Assembly (NCBI GenBank): GCA_965208615.1 | Contig: CBDBPB010000007.1 | Span: forward strand, 96,001 to 160,000 | DNA length: 64,000 nucleotides | Direction: 5' to 3' | DNA from: Spirochaetota bacterium | GTDB lineage: Bacteria; Spirochaetota; UBA6919; CBDBPB01 | In this document: piece after piece, positions 24,605 to 35,875 of the stretch | How the letters are laid out: each line of letters opens with the position of its first letter | Position numbering within the stretch: the stretch's first letter is position 1 | Position numbers and translations under genes: made by a program | Notes under the pieces: model-generated | The model's input: the letters and a program-made list of their open reading frames with translations, nothing else | Databases searched by the model: none | Told to the model about the DNA's origin: nothing

Positions 24605-25501
24605 GTGATAAATAAAATGAAGCTTTTAACTACTGTACTTTTAATAATCCTTTTTACTATAGGATGCGAGAAAACTAAAAAAAAAGTTTATGTTAGACCT
24701 AATACTCGTGTTAAAGTAGAAAGTATAAAACTAGAGGAATCATATGATAAACTTATTTTGGTGGGTCAGCTCGAAGGTATAAAAGAAATTAATATCTTTC
24801 CCGACGGCAAGGTTACCGGAATTGTAAAAAATATAAGAATATCCGAAGGAAATAAAGTTAAATACGGTTCCCCCCTTATGGAGATAGATCAGGGTAGTTT
24901 TACTGGCTATCAGTTTAAAAACTTTATTGTTAAATCTAAAATTAGTGGAACAGTTACTAATGTTTATGTTAAAGATGGTGCATTGGCAACTCCTAAAACT
25001 ATACTATGTAAAATTGTTAAAATGAAAAAACTAAAGCTTGTAGTGGATGTCTCTGAGGCAGATATTAGTAAAGTTGAAGTAGGACAATTAGTTCATTTTT
25101 ATGTTAAAACCTATCCCAATGAAAGATTTACTGGAAGATTTAGTAATATTTTTCCTGCACTAGACCCTAATACCCTTACACTAAGAGCTGAGGTAATAGT
25201 TAATAATAAATCTTATAGGTTAAAGCCTGGTATGTTTGCAAGAGCAGAAGCAGTTATTAGTAAGGCTATGAAGATTTTAATACCTTTAAATTCCATGATG
25301 ATAGAAGATAATATTCGTTATGTATATGTTTATGATAAAAAAACAAAAAAAGTTAATTATAGAACTATTGTTACCGGAAATTACTATGATAAAAAAATAG
25401 AGGTTATTTCTGGTTTAAAGGCCGGTGATCTTATTGTTGTAGACGGTAATTATCAAGTTACTGATAATGAGAAGGTTCGAGTTGAGGGTTTAGAAAACTA
25501 G
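24605..25501 (+). CDS. RND efflux periplasmic adaptor (MFP) lipoprotein
   Basis: Lipobox TIGC; VKSKISGTV, LKPGMFARA, VISGLKAGDLIVVDG. Confidence 0.9.
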   Translation: MINKMKLLTTVLLIILFTIGCEKTKKKVYVRPNTRVKVESIKLEESYDKLILVGQLEGIKEINIFPDGKVTGIVKNIRISEGNKVKYGSPLMEIDQGSFTGYQFKNFIVKSKISGTVTNVYVKDGALATPKTILCKIVKMKKLKLVVDVSEADISKVEVGQLVHFYVKTYPNERFTGRFSNIFPALDPNTLTLRAEVIVNNKSYRLKPGMFARAEAVISKAMKILIPLNSMMIEDNIRYVYVYDKKTKKVNYRTIVTGNYYDKKIEVISGLKAGDLIVVDGNYQVTDNEKVRVEGLEN

Positions 25502-25697
25502 AATTAATAAAATATGACTAAACTAAACTGTCTATTATAACTAATAGTAAAGCTTTATATGCCTGTTAGCCAGAGTATAATATATAAATTAAATATTATT
25601 TTTTATCTTCTGTACTTTTGCTTATCTTACGAAAAAGTTTGTATGATATAAAAAACTTCAAATAAATATACATAAATGCGTACTAATAGGAAAAGGC

Positions 25698-28600
25698 ATG
25701 AAAATATCTATTAAGGCTATTGATAACCCTCTTAATTCTATGCTTTTCATTATTACTATAGTGGTAGTGGGTATAATCTCTCTTAGATTACTGCCTTTGG
25801 AACTATTTCCAGAGGTTGAACCGCCTATAATATTTGTTACTGTTATTTATCACGGTGCATCTCCAACGGAAATAGAGTTTCAGGTCAACAAAAAGATAGA
25901 GACTGAAGTTAAAAATCTCGACGATATAAAGAAAATACAGTCTATAGCTACAGTTGGCGTTGGAACTACTATAATTGAGTTTACTAGCGGCTCTGACTCT
26001 GATGAAAAGAAAAGAGAGGTTAGGGATGCTGTGAATCAGATGGAACACGACTTACCTGACGATATTGAGGCTCCTATTGTTAAGTCATTAGGTTTTACTA
26101 ACATACCCGTTATGAATATTTTGCTTTATGCCAAAGAAATGGACTATGTTAAATTAAAAGATATAGCTAAAATAGTTAAAGAAAAGTTTGAAACTGTATC
26201 AGATGTATCTACGGTAAATATTTTTGGTGGATTGGATAGAGAAATATCTATATCTGTTGATCCAATTTCTCTATGGGCTAACAAAGTTGTATTGAGAGAC
26301 GTTATAAACTTCTTTAATAAGGGTAACCTTAATACTCCTGGAGGAAAGGTTTCTATTGATAAAAGAGATTATTATATTAGGGTTCTTGCAAAGTTTATTG
26401 ATGCCGGCGATGTTAATAAGGTTGTACTAGCTTATAGAAATGGAAAACCTTTATACCTAAAGGATTTGGGTACTATTAAGGCTGGTACAGCAGAAGTGGA
26501 TAGCTTTGCAAGATTTAATGGTTATCCTTCAATATCATTGGCTATTAACAAACAAAGTGGTAGTAACTTAATTGACATATCTGACAAGATTTATAAAATG
26601 ATTGATCAGGTTAAAAAATCTAAATTATTACCAAAGGGCGTTGGCATAGCTGTTGTAGGTGATCAGGCTGATGAGGTTAAGATAAGGGTTAACGAGCTTA
26701 CCACTAACGCTGTTCAGGGTATTATAATAGTATTTATTTTATTAGCTCTTACTATGGGTATTAGAAATGCTCTTATTGCTAGCATGGGTATTCCTTTTGC
26801 TATAGTATTTACTATGGTTGGTTTTTTGATTTTTGATGAGACTATTAATAATATATCTCAATTTGGACTTATTTTGATAGTTGGAATTGTTGTTGATGGT
26901 GCTATTGTGGTATTAGAAAATAGCTATAGGCATCTTGAGCTAGGAGAAAATCCTATTTCTTCGTCTAAGATTGCTATTGAAGAAGTTGGATCAGCTGTTA
27001 TATCCTCTGGACTTACTACTATGGCCGCATTTGCTCCTATGCTGTTTATGACAGGTATTGTTGGTAGGTTTATGGGCGTTATACCAAAAACTGTTATTAT
27101 TGCTATTTTTGGCTCTTTGGTATTTGATCATATTGTTATACCTGTTTTATGTAGTAAGTTTATAAGGGTTGGTGATCAGCGTAAAGATTCTATTTTTGTT
27201 AAGCTTCTAAAAAAGACTAGATGGAAGAATAAAGTTGAGAATATACACCCTTTTAAGGTTATATTTGCTGGTTATAAAAAGATTTTTTTATGGTCTATTA
27301 ATAATCGCTTTAAGGTTCTTATTATTGCTGGTGTTGCTTTTATATCCGGCATTACTATTTTAAGGTCTATACCTGGAGAGTTCTTTCCAGAGATGGATTT
27401 CGGAAAAGTTTATATTGATATTGAATTACCAAGAGGGAGTACTGTTAAGTCTACTGATCGTATTGCAAAGCAGATTGAGGCTTTTGTTAATAAGCACTTA
27501 AGAACTAAGGATAATCAAAATGGACCAGTAGAGATGTATTCTTCAAGTATTGGTTCTATTGGTGCCTCTACAATGGGTAATGTCAGTAGTAGTGCTGGAC
27601 CTCATATTGCAAAGATAACCATTGATATGGTTGACGTTAGTGAAAGGGGTATTGGGGTTAATGAGTTTATTTCTAATCTAAGGCATACTATATTAACTAA
27701 TTCTGTAGGAGCAAAGTTTAGAGTTACTAAGCCTAAGGGTGGTCCTCCTACTGGTGATCCTATTAATGCTGTTATTTTTGGTGATGATGTTAGGGTTTTA
27801 AAGAGATTATCCAAAAGGGTTCAGTCTATTGCTAAGAATGTGCCTGGAACTATTGAGATTATTGATAACTATGGTGTTGGAAGGCCTGAAATTCAGATGC
27901 CTATTAATAGGGTAAAGGCTGAGAGATATGGTATTAGTGTTCAGGAAATACAGAATCTTATTTTTGTATTGTATAACGGATTTGATGTTGCTAAATATCA
28001 GTTTGGTCAGGACGAATACGAAATTAGATTAAAGCTTAGTGATGACTATAAAAAGAATATTGGGGATTTAAAAAAGCTAACTATTTATAGTAATAGGCTT
28101 AGAAAGTCTATTCCTATTTCTGAGTTGGTGGATATTAAACTAAATGAGGGGCTTTCTGTTATACGAAGAGAAGATTTAAAACGGGCTATTACTATTGGCG
28201 GTGAGGTTGACAGAAGTCGTTATACTACCTCTGACGTTGCTAAAGAGTTTATGACTTCCATTAGTGACCTTAGTCTTCCTCCTGGATACTCTATTAGGTT
28301 CCGCGGAGAGAATGAAGATAGGGATGAGTCATTTGAGGGGCTTAAAATGGCATTTGTTGTGGGAGTTATGTTAATTTATTTTATTGTGGTTATGCAGTTA
28401 AGGTCTTTTTTACAGCCTATTTCTATTATGGTCTCAGTTATACTTTCGGTATTTGGTATAGCTTTGGGATTAGTTGTGAGCGGTAGTAATTTAGGGGTTA
28501 TGGCTATGTTTGGAGCTGTTGCTCTAACAGGGATTGTTGTAAATGGAGCTATTGTCTTAGTTACATATATTAATCTTCTTAGAGATAAGGGTAAAGATGT

Positions 28601-28877
28601 TAGAGAAGCTGTAATAGAGGCGAGTGAGACTAGACTTAGACCTATATTATTAACTACATTTAGTACTATTGGCGGTTTATTACCGTTAGCTTTGGCTTTA
28701 GGCGGTGCAAGGGATTTCTGGACTCCTTTAGGCTGGTCAATTATTGGGGGATTATTAATTGCTACATTCCAGACTTTAATTGTTGTGCCTGTTGTTTATT
28801 CCTTATTAGAAGACCTAAAGGCTAAGTATACCCTTAAAAAGCATAAGGAGCTAAATAGAACTAAGGATTTTTTATAA
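25698..28877 (+). CDS. RND efflux permease (AcrB/AcrD/AcrF family)
   Basis: GIVVDGAIVVLEN, GIVVNGAIV, RLRPILLTT; 1059 aa. Confidence 0.95.
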   Translation: MKISIKAIDNPLNSMLFIITIVVVGIISLRLLPLELFPEVEPPIIFVTVIYHGASPTEIEFQVNKKIETEVKNLDDIKKIQSIATVGVGTTIIEFTSGSDSDEKKREVRDAVNQMEHDLPDDIEAPIVKSLGFTNIPVMNILLYAKEMDYVKLKDIAKIVKEKFETVSDVSTVNIFGGLDREISISVDPISLWANKVVLRDVINFFNKGNLNTPGGKVSIDKRDYYIRVLAKFIDAGDVNKVVLAYRNGKPLYLKDLGTIKAGTAEVDSFARFNGYPSISLAINKQSGSNLIDISDKIYKMIDQVKKSKLLPKGVGIAVVGDQADEVKIRVNELTTNAVQGIIIVFILLALTMGIRNALIASMGIPFAIVFTMVGFLIFDETINNISQFGLILIVGIVVDGAIVVLENSYRHLELGENPISSSKIAIEEVGSAVISSGLTTMAAFAPMLFMTGIVGRFMGVIPKTVIIAIFGSLVFDHIVIPVLCSKFIRVGDQRKDSIFVKLLKKTRWKNKVENIHPFKVIFAGYKKIFLWSINNRFKVLIIAGVAFISGITILRSIPGEFFPEMDFGKVYIDIELPRGSTVKSTDRIAKQIEAFVNKHLRTKDNQNGPVEMYSSSIGSIGASTMGNVSSSAGPHIAKITIDMVDVSERGIGVNEFISNLRHTILTNSVGAKFRVTKPKGGPPTGDPINAVIFGDDVRVLKRLSKRVQSIAKNVPGTIEIIDNYGVGRPEIQMPINRVKAERYGISVQEIQNLIFVLYNGFDVAKYQFGQDEYEIRLKLSDDYKKNIGDLKKLTIYSNRLRKSIPISELVDIKLNEGLSVIRREDLKRAITIGGEVDRSRYTTSDVAKEFMTSISDLSLPPGYSIRFRGENEDRDESFEGLKMAFVVGVMLIYFIVVMQLRSFLQPISIMVSVILSVFGIALGLVVSGSNLGVMAMFGAVALTGIVVNGAIVLVTYINLLRDKGKDVREAVIEASETRLRPILLTTFSTIGGLLPLALALGGARDFWTPLGWSIIGGLLIATFQTLIVVPVVYSLLEDLKAKYTLKKHKELNRTKDFL

Positions 28878-28912
28878 CTTAATACATACCAATACAGTTA
28901 TATAAAACAAAT

Positions 28913-29842
28913 ATGAAAAAAAAGAAGATTATTATTGCTACAAGGGGTTCTGAGCTTGCTCTTATCCAGAGTAATTTTGTTAAAAGTTGGATTATAGATA
29001 GACACCCTGATATTGTTGTGGAACTTACTATTATAAAGACCACAGGGGATAAGATATTAGATTCACCACTTTCAAAGGTTGGTGAAAAAGGACTTTTTGT
29101 TAAAGAAATTGAAGAGGCTTTGTTGGATAAAAAGGCTGATATAGCTGTACATAGTATGAAGGATGTGCCTACTGCTTTGCCTGAGGGCTTACATATTACT
29201 GCTATTGGCGAAAGAGAGCCTGCTAATGATGTTTTTATTTCTAATAAGTATAGTTCATTAAAAGATTTACCTCCTAACGCTAAAATAGCTACTAGTAGTT
29301 TAAGAAGGCGAGTTCAATTGCTATACCATTTTTCTAACCTAAATATTGTGGATATACGGGGTAATTTAAATACCAGGCTTAAAAAGCTCAAAACTAACGA
29401 TCTCGATGGTATAATACTTGCCTATGCTGGCATTAACAGGATAGGACTTAATAATTTGATTACTGAGATTATACCTACTAATATTTTTATACCTGCTGTT
29501 GGACAGGGGGCTTTGGGTATAGAGAGTCGTTGTGATGACCATTGGATTAATGATATTTTATTATCTTTTAATCATAAACAGACTCACAGGTGTTTGATTA
29601 GTGAAAGGGCTTTTATGAGGCGTTTAGAAGGTGGATGTCAGGTGCCTATAGGCGGATATGCTTATTATGAGGGTGATAATATAATATTAGAGGGTATGGT
29701 ATCTTCGCTAGATGGCAAAGATATGATAATTGATAGTATTAAGGCAAAACCTTATGAGGCCGAGGATATGGGTTTAATATTAGCGAATAAGCTGTTAGAC
29801 AGGGGTGCTAAGGATATTCTTAGTTCTATTAGCAGGTTATAG
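28913..29842 (+). CDS. hemC: Hydroxymethylbilane synthase
   Basis: ATRGSELALIQ, KGLFVKEIE, AVHSMKD, TSSLRR, IRGNLNTRL, LEGGCQVP. Confidence 0.97.
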   Translation: MKKKKIIIATRGSELALIQSNFVKSWIIDRHPDIVVELTIIKTTGDKILDSPLSKVGEKGLFVKEIEEALLDKKADIAVHSMKDVPTALPEGLHITAIGEREPANDVFISNKYSSLKDLPPNAKIATSSLRRRVQLLYHFSNLNIVDIRGNLNTRLKKLKTNDLDGIILAYAGINRIGLNNLITEIIPTNIFIPAVGQGALGIESRCDDHWINDILLSFNHKQTHRCLISERAFMRRLEGGCQVPIGGYAYYEGDNIILEGMVSSLDGKDMIIDSIKAKPYEAEDMGLILANKLLDRGAKDILSSISRL

Positions 29843-29847
29843 TTTTA

Positions 29848-30525
29848 TTATTCTATGTGATTATGTAAGTTTAACTTAGTTGCTGAGTATACTTTATCTT
29901 TAAAGAAGTTATTAATTTCGGATTTAAACTTTTTATAAGGAAATTGTTTTCCAGGACAATCAGTTTCATTAGCGTCTTTATGTAAGATAACATTTTCAGG
30001 CATAATATCAAATCTATTCATTAGGAACTTTGTTAGTTTTATTAGCATTTCTATTTGCTTTTTAGTAGGGGGATTATTATTAAAGTTACCCACAAGGCAT
30101 ATTCCAATTCCGTATTGGTTGTACTTATCTACTTTAGCAACAACATGTCCACCTGCTTTTTGTGTTTTCCAGCGATAACCTATTTCTGGTTTACCATCAG
30201 GTGAACCCTTACCATTCCCTATCACAAAGTGGTATAGCAGTTTATTATTATATTTATGTTTATGAAAACGATTAAATGCTTTAGCATTACCCTCTTTAGT
30301 TGCACTATGGTGGATAACAATATACTTCCATTTTTTAGTTATTTTTGTTTTAATAGGTTTTTTATGTTTATTAGGGATAGTATTAGGAGTTGTAGAGTTA
30401 AATAATATATAGATGCCAGCCACTATAAGCAGAATAAAGTATAGTTTTTTGTTGTAATACTTTTTCTTTTTTTTGCAACTGACTTTATTCTTATATACTT
30501 TTTTTTTGTAGTCTTTATAGTACAT
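29848..30525 (-). CDS. N-acetylmuramoyl-L-alanine amidase (Amidase_2), membrane-anchored
   Basis: WKYIVIHHSAT, YHFVIGNG, GIGICLVGNF, H...TDCPG. Confidence 0.9.
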   Translation of the reverse strand: MYYKDYKKKVYKNKVSCKKKKKYYNKKLYFILLIVAGIYILFNSTTPNTIPNKHKKPIKTKITKKWKYIVIHHSATKEGNAKAFNRFHKHKYNNKLLYHFVIGNGKGSPDGKPEIGYRWKTQKAGGHVVAKVDKYNQYGIGICLVGNFNNNPPTKKQIEMLIKLTKFLMNRFDIMPENVILHKDANETDCPGKQFPYKKFKSEINNFFKDKVYSATKLNLHNHIE

Positions 30526-30642
30526 TGTTATTTTTTCGGAGAATATTTATATTTTATTATTAGTTTTATATATTTTAACTCGACGTTATCAGGGTTATTA
30601 TACTGCAAAGTCATAAAATAGCCTTAACTTAGGGATAATTAT

Positions 30643-31611
30643 TTGTATAGATATATATTTGGTCCAGTAAACTCTCGTAGATTAGGTAGTTCACTGGGTA
30701 TAGACTTATTTGATGAAAAGGTGTGCAGTCATAATTGTGTATATTGTGAGGCTAAAAAAACCCAACTACTTACCATAAAGAGAAGGGCCTTTGTAAAAGC
30801 AAAACTAATTAATAACGAAATAGATAGCTTTATAAAGAATAATAATATAAACCTTGACTATATAACCTTTTCTGGAAAAGGAGAGCCTACATTAAGTAGT
30901 GAGATTAGAAAAGTAATAAGGCATATAAAAAGGTATTATTTGTATAACGTTTGTGTGTTGACTAATGGATCATTATTACATTTAAAAAGTGTAAGAAGGG
31001 ACTTATTGGAAGCTGATTTAATAATATCATCCATTGATGCTGTTTCTGATAAGGTATTTAGGATTATTAATCGTCCTTATGGTCTTTTGGATAGCAAAAA
31101 AATGTTTGATGGTATAAAAGCTCTTAGACTGGAGTTTAATAAGGAACTCTGGATAGAAATCCTTTTTGTTAAGGGGATAAATGATAGTAAAAATGAGATA
31201 GACTTATTAAAAAGTAAGATTATGGAGATTAACCCTAATAGAGTTTATATAAATACAATATATAGGCCTCCTGCATTTGATGGTTACTTAGCAATTGATA
31301 GTTCTACTCTTGAAGAGCTACAGTTTGAGTTTGACTCTATTTTAGGTATTACATCTAAAGATATATGTACTAAAAATACAAATATCTTTACCACTACAGA
31401 TAATCTTTTGGATAAGTTAATACCCATGTTAAGGATACGTCCTTGTACTCTTGAGGATATTTATAACATATTTTACCTTAATTCTTCTATAACAAAGGAT
31501 GTTCTTAAGGATATGTTAACTGATTTAGTTAAAAATAAAAAACTTTTTATTAGTAATTTTAATAGTAATACGTTTTACTATTGTAATCAGAAGGCTTATA
31601 CCAGTCAGTAA
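30643..31611 (+). CDS. Radical SAM protein
   Basis: FGPVNSRRLGSSLGIDL, CSHNCVYC (CxxxCxxC), FSGKGEPTL. Confidence 0.9.
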   Translation: MYRYIFGPVNSRRLGSSLGIDLFDEKVCSHNCVYCEAKKTQLLTIKRRAFVKAKLINNEIDSFIKNNNINLDYITFSGKGEPTLSSEIRKVIRHIKRYYLYNVCVLTNGSLLHLKSVRRDLLEADLIISSIDAVSDKVFRIINRPYGLLDSKKMFDGIKALRLEFNKELWIEILFVKGINDSKNEIDLLKSKIMEINPNRVYINTIYRPPAFDGYLAIDSSTLEELQFEFDSILGITSKDICTKNTNIFTTTDNLLDKLIPMLRIRPCTLEDIYNIFYLNSSITKDVLKDMLTDLVKNKKLFISNFNSNTFYYCNQKAYTSQ

Positions 31612-31637
31612 TTTACTAGTCTATAATAGAATTTAAA

Positions 31638-32144
31638 TTATGATGCTATAGCATGGTTATGCTCTAAGGCAAGGTTAATGACAAAGTAGCCGTGATCTGT
31701 TTCCAGCTCAATAACAAAAGTAGTATCAAAAAAAGGAATTAGTGGAACGTCTTTTCCAATATAGAATTTTGGAGGAGTTATACTACAATTACATCCATTT
31801 TTCATTAAATAGGTAATGGCTCTAGCGGAAATAAGATTTCCAAGTTCTGCAATGCCGGACTTTAATAGTTTTAAGAAATTCTCTTTTTGTTCAAGATAAA
31901 TTTTACTTTTTTTAATCATTTTCAATGATAGCTGCATAGTCATACTTCTTGAGAACTCGTATACTACTTTGCCGGATAGTTCACCGTTAATATCAAGGAT
32001 AATCCCTACACCCCCTAAACTAACCTTACCTTTACGTGCATAAATATTTTTCTTAACTACTTTTACTCCCGTTGTTTTTTTTATAATGTTTATGGCCGCA
32101 GTTACAAATGGATTAATAAAAAATGGTTTCATTTTTAATATCAT
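31638..32144 (-). CDS. cheX: Chemotaxis phosphatase CheX family
   Basis: INPFV, SGIAELGNLISARA (ExxN), ITPP. Confidence 0.8.
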   Translation of the reverse strand: MILKMKPFFINPFVTAAINIIKKTTGVKVVKKNIYARKGKVSLGGVGIILDINGELSGKVVYEFSRSMTMQLSLKMIKKSKIYLEQKENFLKLLKSGIAELGNLISARAITYLMKNGCNCSITPPKFYIGKDVPLIPFFDTTFVIELETDHGYFVINLALEHNHAIAS

Positions 32145-32290
32145 AGATTTTTTTAATATAGACTTAACTTAACCTTCGGATAAAATTAAAATTATTATAG
32201 TGTGTTTTTTTTATATTGTCGATAATAGAAAAATCTTGAGAAAATGTTAAATAGATAAATATTTTAAACTTTTTTATAAAAAGTCATAGG

Positions 32291-32323
32291 TTTTTATAAA
32301 TATATAGAGTATATTTATAAAAA
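32291..32323. promoter_or_regulatory. 14-bp-arm inverted repeat between divergent genes (possible operator)
   Basis: TTTTTATAAATATA-tagag-TATATTTATAAAAA. Confidence 0.35.
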
Positions 32324-32489
32324 AAATAATATAATAAAAACCGTTTTAACAACTTTTAAGTCTTCTATACGCAGAATAAAGAGTTTTCTATTAAGTATAT
32401 ATTAGTTTAATTGTCAAGGAAAAGTTTATCATAAGCTTTAAATACAAGTGTTTAGTATGCTTTAACATACAAATAGTGGGATAAAATAT

Positions 32490-33878
32490 ATGATTAAAAG
32501 GTTTAGTATATTTTTTATACTGTTTTTTTTAATATTGGTATCATGCTCTAAGGACGTAAAAAAATCAGAATCCTTGAAGGAATCGCCCTTTATTACATTG
32601 ATAAAACAAAAAGCGAATACCATTGTAAGGGAATTTGATTTATCTGTTAAAATTAATAAAAGTGATGCACTACATTTGATGTGGAGCGGGAATGGACTTG
32701 TAAAAACTCAAAAAACGAAAAAACATAAATTAATAAAACATTTTACACATCCAATTAATTTTGCTAATATGCTAAAAGTATATTATGTGGATAAAAATGG
32801 TATTTATCGTTATAACTATAATAAAAGTAATATAGAACTTGTCAAAAAGGGAGATTATCTTTCTTTTTTAAAGGTGCCAAAGTGGATTAGATATGATACT
32901 CCAGCCCATATTTTTATCTCTATAAGGCCTGATAAAGAGAAAATGTTAAAAGGACTCTCTAATTATGAAGGAATATATAAGCAAAAATTATTAAATAAAA
33001 TTAAGAATACCATAGTTGATATATACTCTGATGACAGGATTAAAGAGTCGTCTCTTCTTGAGTTGGGAATGGCAGCTCAAAACATTATGCTGTTATCAAC
33101 TGCTTATAATTTTTCTTATTATCCAATTAGTTTTCAAGGTTCTTCAGAAAGACTAAAAAGTTATTTTAAATTAGATAAAAACGAAAAGCTGTTTTTGGCT
33201 ATTTCATTGGCATCCAAAAAAGATAAAAAGAAAAATAGTCTTTTTATTAACTATGTAACTAAATTAATAAAAAATGCTAAAAATCATTCTCCAACAAAGG
33301 CATTCAATAATTTAGCTCCTGTTAAGCTTGAGAATATTAAAAAACTATTATGGGTTGGTAATGGTATTATTAAAAAAACTATAGGAAATAAAAAAACATT
33401 TTTGTTTACTCATAGCACCCTGCTAAACTCGTTAATAGACCTTTATTACATAACTGATAAGAAACTTTATAAATATGATCCTATAGCTAATAAACTGCTA
33501 ACTAAAAAACATGGTGATTTTAGATATAGGCTAGGGCGTATGGTAACTAAATATAAGGCTCCTGGTGCAATTATTATTACAATAAAAAATAAGGTGCCAG
33601 AAGTAAAAAATCTTGTAGTACCCTCAAAAAGGACTATTAGGTATTATCAAAGGCTTTTTAAATATTCAAATGGCTTATATTATTCATCGATAATCCAGGC
33701 AGGTGGAGCTATTGAAAATATAAGGCTCCTGGCAACTGACTTTAATCTAGCTTATCAACTAATAGAAATACGTTTTAATGCTGCTAGAGAGAAAATGAGA
33801 AGGTTTTTGTCATTAGATGAGAATAACTTGCCGATTTTTATAATTCCCATAGGAAATAAGAAAAAACTAAATAATTAA
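32490..33878 (+). CDS. Lipoprotein with two tandem nitroreductase/SagB-like domains
   Basis: Lipobox LVSC; duplicated L(M/L)W(S/V)GNG...YY...Y(R/K)Y...GD and (E/Q)xGxxx(Q/E)NIxLLxT motifs. Confidence 0.6.
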   Translation: MIKRFSIFFILFFLILVSCSKDVKKSESLKESPFITLIKQKANTIVREFDLSVKINKSDALHLMWSGNGLVKTQKTKKHKLIKHFTHPINFANMLKVYYVDKNGIYRYNYNKSNIELVKKGDYLSFLKVPKWIRYDTPAHIFISIRPDKEKMLKGLSNYEGIYKQKLLNKIKNTIVDIYSDDRIKESSLLELGMAAQNIMLLSTAYNFSYYPISFQGSSERLKSYFKLDKNEKLFLAISLASKKDKKKNSLFINYVTKLIKNAKNHSPTKAFNNLAPVKLENIKKLLWVGNGIIKKTIGNKKTFLFTHSTLLNSLIDLYYITDKKLYKYDPIANKLLTKKHGDFRYRLGRMVTKYKAPGAIIITIKNKVPEVKNLVVPSKRTIRYYQRLFKYSNGLYYSSIIQAGGAIENIRLLATDFNLAYQLIEIRFNAAREKMRRFLSLDENNLPIFIIPIGNKKKLNN

Positions 33879-33888
33879 GAGATAAATT

Positions 33889-34851
33889 ATGCATAGGTTA
33901 ATTACATTTATATTATCTATTTGTTTTTTTATAACAGCTATAGAGCTTAGTTATTCTCAAACTGATACAGAAAAAGCAAATGATGGCTTAATAGAAATAC
34001 GAGAAAAAGAAGTAAAAGAAGTAGAAAAAATACTTAATCTTAGAAAAAAAGACTTAATAAATAATACTATTATGCCTTTATCCAAAATTGATAAGGGGAT
34101 TGCAAGAATAAAACAAGGGGATGGCAATTTCTTAAAAAAGATAACTTATATAAAATATCGCCTGTTTTTAAGAGGAGTAAATATTTACGCTCAGGCACTT
34201 AAAGTTCACCCTGTTGAGATCTTAAGTATAGATGATAAATTCGATACTGCTAACAGGTTAAATAATACTAAAAGGAATGATAATATTATTAAGGCTTTGA
34301 TTGGAGGTATTAAAAATAAAGATCCTAGGGTTCGCCTTAGTATTTCTTATTTTCTTAAAGAGATAGAATTTGATTATTATATAGAAGAAAAATTGTTTAA
34401 AATATTCAAAGAAGAAACAGTAGAAACTGGATATTATGTTTTTGTTGATCCAGAACTAAATGTTAGTGAAGCTAATCCACAGTTTGAGGTAGCATTAATA
34501 CAAAAATACCTTGAGAGAAAGAGATTAACTTTATTAATTAAAAGAAATGTTCTAAAGCCAAGTGATATGTCTAATATAAAGCGTTATTTTTTTATTCTTT
34601 TAACTGAGCGTATTGCTAATGAACCAAGTAATGAGATTCCATTAATATCTTTTGGAGCCAAAAAGATTGACTATTTTATTGCAGGGCTATTCAATAAAGA
34701 CTCATATATAAAAGGGAAGTGTGCTGAACATATATATTTATTATTTCCAAAGCTAAATAGTAAAAAGCAAAAAGAAATTAAAAAACTAATAGATAGGTTT
34801 TATGTATTAAAATTAATTTTTAGACAAAAAAGTAGAGAACGTTATGAATAA
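33889..34851 (+). CDS. Exported hypothetical protein with HEAT-like repeats
   Basis: Signal peptide; [14 protein letters not shown] and [13 protein letters not shown] repeats. Confidence 0.55.
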   Translation: MHRLITFILSICFFITAIELSYSQTDTEKANDGLIEIREKEVKEVEKILNLRKKDLINNTIMPLSKIDKGIARIKQGDGNFLKKITYIKYRLFLRGVNIYAQALKVHPVEILSIDDKFDTANRLNNTKRNDNIIKALIGGIKNKDPRVRLSISYFLKEIEFDYYIEEKLFKIFKEETVETGYYVFVDPELNVSEANPQFEVALIQKYLERKRLTLLIKRNVLKPSDMSNIKRYFFILLTERIANEPSNEIPLISFGAKKIDYFIAGLFNKDSYIKGKCAEHIYLLFPKLNSKKQKEIKKLIDRFYVLKLIFRQKSRERYE

Positions 34852-35221
34852 AAGTCCTAACTTTGCTAAGTATAAGTTAATTCCGGTGATAATACAAGAT
34901 TTTAAAAGCTTAAAGGTTTTGATGTTGGCATATATGAATAGTGAAGCTTTTGAAAAAACTGTTAAAGAGAATATTGTTCATTTTTTTAGTAGGAGTAGGA
35001 ATGCCTTATGGAAAAAAGGTGAACAGTCTGGTAATATCCAAAAAGTTAAGCGTATTCTTTTTGATTGTGATGATGATACCTTAGTTATTCAGGTTGAGCA
35101 GATAGGGGATGCCTCATGTCATACAGGTCATTTAAGCTGTTTTTATAGAGAGCTAAAAGGTGATTCTTTTGAAGTTGTTGAACCTAAAATATTTGATCCT
35201 AATACGGTATATCGTAGTTAG
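34844..35221 (+). CDS. hisI: Phosphoribosyl-AMP cyclohydrolase
   Basis: [39 protein letters not shown]. Confidence 0.95.
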   Translation: MNKSPNFAKYKLIPVIIQDFKSLKVLMLAYMNSEAFEKTVKENIVHFFSRSRNALWKKGEQSGNIQKVKRILFDCDDDTLVIQVEQIGDASCHTGHLSCFYRELKGDSFEVVEPKIFDPNTVYRS

Positions 35222-35239
35222 AGTTTTTGGAACGGCTAA

Positions 35240-35809
35240 ATGAATAACTTTGGTACAGAATATATAGAAGAACTCGATAGCGAACAGCGAAAGATAATAC
35301 TTCCTGCAAAGGAAATACTTAAAAAAACTGGTCTTAAGCCAAATATGACTATTGCAGATATGGGCTGTGGAACCGGATTCTTTACTATTCCTGCTGCAAA
35401 TATCCTTGGAAATGAAGGTAAAGTTTATGCTTTTGATATTGAAAGAAAAATGCTTACTCGTCTTAGGATGAAAATTGAAAAACCAAATATTGTACCTATT
35501 TTAATAAATGGTGATAGCCTGCCTTTGAAAGATAAACTTTTAGATTATGTTCTTGTAGCGTTTGTTCTGAACGAGGTTGAGGATTTATCATTATTATTAG
35601 CTGAAATAAAAAGAGTTATAAAGCATAGTGGAATAATAACTATTATTGATTGGGTTACACTGCCTGAAGATGATAAAGCCCTTAAAAAAAAGCAAATAGA
35701 TCAAAATGATTTAGTATATTTGTTTAATGAAGGAAATATTAAAATCGAGCAAACTTATTTGCTGAATCCATCTCATTATCTTATTCAAGGCAAGGTTCAA
35801 CACTCTTAG
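35240..35809 (+). CDS. Class I SAM-dependent methyltransferase
   Basis: ADMGCGTGFF, GKVYAFDI. Confidence 0.85.
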   Translation: MNNFGTEYIEELDSEQRKIILPAKEILKKTGLKPNMTIADMGCGTGFFTIPAANILGNEGKVYAFDIERKMLTRLRMKIEKPNIVPILINGDSLPLKDKLLDYVLVAFVLNEVEDLSLLLAEIKRVIKHSGIITIIDWVTLPEDDKALKKKQIDQNDLVYLFNEGNIKIEQTYLLNPSHYLIQGKVQHS

Positions 35810-35875
35810 ACTAAAAAATAATAGAATAATGGGGATTTATAATAATTTGTTAATAGCTAAAATAAATACACTGAT

